Source: Convolutriloba macropyga | Lineage: Eukaryota | Assembly (NCBI RefSeq): GCF_964194025.1 | Contig: NC_134473.1 | Span: forward strand, 3,782,001-3,846,000 | Length of the DNA stretch: 64,000 nucleotides | Reading direction: 5' to 3' | Shown here: piece after piece, positions 60,021 through 64,000 of the stretch | How the letters are laid out: the number at the start of each line of letters is the position of its first letter | Numbering within the stretch: the first letter of the stretch is position 1 | Made by a program: the position numbers and the translations under genes | The notes under the pieces: model-generated | What the model saw: only the letters and a program-made list of their open reading frames with translations | Told to the model about the DNA's origin: nothing | Databases searched by the model: none

Positions 60021-60971
60021 CTTTTTTCCAACTAACGTTTGCTACACACAATGGAAAATGAAAACAGGATTTTTATGAATGGAAATCATTGACAGACAAA
60101 AAAAGAAACTGGAAAAAGCACAAGAATTTTTGCGTTGAAAAGTAAAGTTCTGATTTCATAGGGTACGCAAAAACCAACGGCAAGCTCAAAAAACTTTGTT
60201 GATGACCTCAAGTCAGAAAAGTGAAGTGATCAATTAATTGCTGTTTGATTTTTTCATTTGATAGTTCCGTTTTTAAATCCAAACTTTGATCGCTAAAAAT
60301 TACAAAACAACTAAACTCCAGGAGAGCATCACCATGAAATGCAATTAATTGGATAATTGTCAACCTTGGCATTCAATTTTAATAATACATTGGTTTCAAT
60401 GTTGCTAATCCAAGCTCCTTGGGCAATGTTGTTGCTTGAAAAGACGCATACCAAGGCATTTTTATATTTTCAACTGTAGTTTTTTATTGAGAGACTGTGA
60501 GAACTTTTTTAGGTGCCAAACTTGGTCTTCAAACAATCACTCATTATTCTTATCTCCTCTTTCCTCATGCCACCCCCCCCCCCCACCAGAATATTGTTAT
60601 TTCGTGGGGTGCAACACAATTGCTACCAATCTCTTTTGTTGAATATTTACGCTGATAAGGGCACAATTCAATTTATTTATTGCAAAATTGTTAAATAAAC
60701 AGAAGAGCGTACAAATATTTGAACTTCATTCAAAGCGGAGAAAGCAGTCCAAAGTTTTGTTTCAATGTTATGGACCCAACAAAATGAGATGCACCCTCTA
60801 CCCTGCTTTTCTTCACTTCACTATCATTATATTCCTATATCATTTCACCCTTTTATTATTTCACTCTTCAGTCAATTCTATCTGTTCACTCTTCTCAGTT
60901 CACCCCGAAAACTAGAAATCAAGATTACAAGCTGGTTTTTTCTCATAACTAAAGAGATGAACTAATCCTAT

Positions 60972-63900
60972 TGTTACGGAGGAACTGCGATTCCCCAGGG
61001 ACTCTTACTAAAACTCTGACTAAACTCATAGACTTATCTCATACCTATACTCATCTTTTATTTCGATGCAGTTTATTCATATTATCCATTAGTTATTGTT
61101 GCATCCTACGCGTTGCGTACTAATTTCTGTTGAACTGATTCATATGTTTATGTTAAAGCTGACAGGTACGGACTGGTACTGTCTAGCTCTTTCTTACTTA
61201 CTGGTGAACTCATTTTGTAGAAAAAACTGACAATTGAACTAGAACGTAACCGAATCCCTCGGTACAGAGAAAATTCAGTATTGACCTCAGATTCTTTTGA
61301 TTCACGCATAACATGACACAGTCAATGCAATCCCCGATTGGTGTACCACTTTTCTGGGAAAGCGGAGCCAACCCTACAATAGAATGGCAAACGTGGTTCT
61401 CCACATTCAAAATGGCTGTCATGGCAAAAGAGAACATGCAGGTGGAGCAACTACTTAGAAACAAACCTACACTAAACGACCTCTTCTACCCGACAATACC
61501 ATCATATGAGGAGCGAAAAGAGAACTCAAATGAGGAAGAAGACCGGAAAAGAGAAATCAGAAACGAACGACGAAATGTCGACTGGGAAAACGAATGTACA
61601 CATATTCAAAATAGAGGACCAATGATAGACAAATTCACTTGGGACGAGGCAGACCTCAAAATCAAAAGTGTTATCTACTTATCCCTCGGGACGGAAGCAA
61701 CCCGAATTTTTCACCAACGAAACCCGCACACAATGATAGATAGGTGCACTAAAAACGAAATAGTCTATGAACTGGGACTAACGTTCACACGTCCCCAAAA
61801 CCTAACATTCGACCGCTTCCAGTTAATAACAGTTCAGCAAAATGCAAACGAAAATCTGGAAACATTTTTTAGAAGATTAAGAGAATTAGGCTCGAAGTGT
61901 GCCCTGGGGAATGTCGAAGAAGAATTAATAAAAGACTTCTTCATTGCAAAAATGAACAATAATTCCATACAAATGGAACTACTCTCCGAAGTACGTACTG
62001 CGGCCCAAGTGCTTAATTTCGCCCTATCCCGAGAGAGAGGACAGGAAAATCAACGAGAAATAATAAGGTCAACTGCTACAAACTGGAATACCCAGGTGGG
62101 CGCTGTCACGAACAACTACCCACACCAACAACCAACAAGACAACAACAAACAAATACAAACAAAGAATTATGTTGGAGATGTGGAGGAAATGTCTCCCAA
62201 GGATACATCACACAATGCACCGCTAAACAAGCAACATGTAGCATATGCAAAAAGACCGGACACTTTGCGAAAATGTGTCGCTCCAAAATTCCCCCACTAC
62301 CCCAACGAAGAACCCAATCCCGAGGCGGATACCAACGTCCTCAGGGATCGTCACAAAATCAATTACGCGTACGACAAATTCAAGAGAGTTTAATCGAAGA
62401 ACAACAAAGTGACCAGGCAGAAGAGGAAACAATCGACCCCGATTCAACCCTCTACATCCAGGAATTAACGGAAGATTGGGCTGATGTAAACCATATCATC
62501 CCAAAGCCATGCTCTCCGATAAAAAAACTCCATTGTAAACAAATCACAACCCAAAGAAATTTGGGCAGAAACAAAACTTGCATACAACCAGACGGTGAAA
62601 TGGCTAGCGGATACAGGTTCACAAGGAGTTTCCTAACTCTTGACAAATCAAAAGAGTTAATCATCAGTAATCCCAACCTATCACTTCAACCGTACAATGG
62701 TCAAACACAATATAGATGTTTTAACAACAACAACATCAAAATCGAGGGCAACTCACCCTCCAATCAGGATCATGGACAGCTAAAGACTGCCAATTCTTAG
62801 TAGTACATCACAAAACAAACAATCTAATGGGACGTGACATCCTTCAAAAACTAGTGATCACACTACAGCAACGACACATGCGATCCCCAGGTAACTACAT
62901 TAACTCTATTTCACACATAGAAACGGAGAAAAATATCATAAAATGGATACTTAGAAAATACCCTTATGTGTGCTCACGAATTGGTAAATCAAAAAATCAT
63001 ATTGCCAATTCAATCCTCAAAGAAAACCATATCCCTATCCAACAAAAAGGAAGAAGGGTACCTCTACACCTTTTAGAAAAGGTAGAGTTTGAACTCGACA
63101 AACTAATCCGAAAAAAACAAATCAAAAGATTAGATAAATGCCCGGACGACCTTTTCGTTAGCCCGGTCGTGATTACAGTAAAAAAGGATAAATCTGTGAA
63201 ACTCGCGTTAGACTCAAAGAAATTGAACAAAGCAATCCAGAAAAACAAATACCAGATGCAAAGCATAGACCACTTAGTGGACGCCGTAGCTCTATACATC
63301 TCCCAAAAAAAAATTCCCCAGGGATATTCTGGTTTTCAAAAATCGATTTGAAATACGCTTACAGTCAAATTCCACTAGACGCGTCAATAGCTAAACATTG
63401 TAATTTTAGCATATTAGGAGGCAAGGCAACCGGAACCTATAGATTCCTCAATGGCTTCTACGGATTGACCGATATGCCAGCAACTTTTCAAAAAACCATC
63501 GATAAAACATTAGAAGGCATACCATCAAAATTTGCATTCCTGGACGATATACTACTAATAACAAAAGGTACAATAAAAGAGCACGAACAAGAATTAGATA
63601 AAATACTATAAAAACTCGATGAAGAAGGACTAGCAATAAGCCTACAAAAATGCGAATTTGCAAAAAATAAAATAGAATGGCTGGGATTCACCATCACTCC
63701 CTCGGCAATAACACCACTGGTAACCAAAACTGAGGCCATTATGAAACTTGAAAATCTGAAAAACCTGAAACAGCTCCGCTCGTTCCTAGGGAGCGTACAA
63801 CACCTGACAAAATTTATCCCGAACCTGGTCGAACTTTCCGAACCACTCCGCCCGTTATTAAAGAAAACAAATACAACAAAAAAACAACAAACTTGACTGG

Positions 63901-64000
63901 AAAGAAAATCATACTTCGGCATTTAATAAAATAAAAAACAAAATTCAACTCATAATAGAAAACAAACACTTTGACACAACAAAGCCAACTCGTGTAAAGT
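60972..64000 (+). mobile_element. Ty3/Gypsy (Mag-like) LTR retrotransposon, 5' part: LTR 60972-61313, gag, protease and RT; frameshifted and continues past the window
   Basis: LTR has TGTTA...TAACA termini. Gag starts at 61313 with zinc knuckles (CWRCGG..., CSICKKTGHFAKMC). Protease WLADTGS at ~62600. RT motifs SPVVITVKKD, GFYGLTDMPATFQ and FLDDIL. Confidence 0.92.

Overview
AT-rich eukaryotic (animal-like) genomic DNA with spliceosomal introns, dense transposable elements and one 200-N scaffold gap (25057-25256). The organism cannot be fixed from the sequence. Host genes: a KIAA1143/DUF4604 homolog with no intron in its CDS (5183-5695 +); a 10-exon, ~634-aa WD40 gene (6474-26813 +) with an N-terminal PYM/eIF2A-like basic helix and a C-terminal CaaX box; C-type-lectin-like gene fragments and a pseudogene (32-40 kb +); and an intronless ER-type UDP-glycosyltransferase (54662-56149 -). 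Mobile DNA: three CR1/L2-like LINEs, an L1/Tx1-like remnant, a Tc1 remnant, two Gypsy (Mag-like) LTR elements, a nested solo LTR, MITEs with 8- and 9-bp TSDs, and at least two Helentron/DINE-1-like (HINE) families, one carrying a tRNA-like Pol III cassette. Top candidate: a predicted intron (5765-6461) would put KIAA1143 and the WD40 ORF on one mRNA, in frame, separated only by a UAG in a readthrough-like context (UAG CGA UUA) and 27 sense codons. That would be a dicistronic or stop-readthrough fusion locus. All gene models are manual predictions without transcript data.
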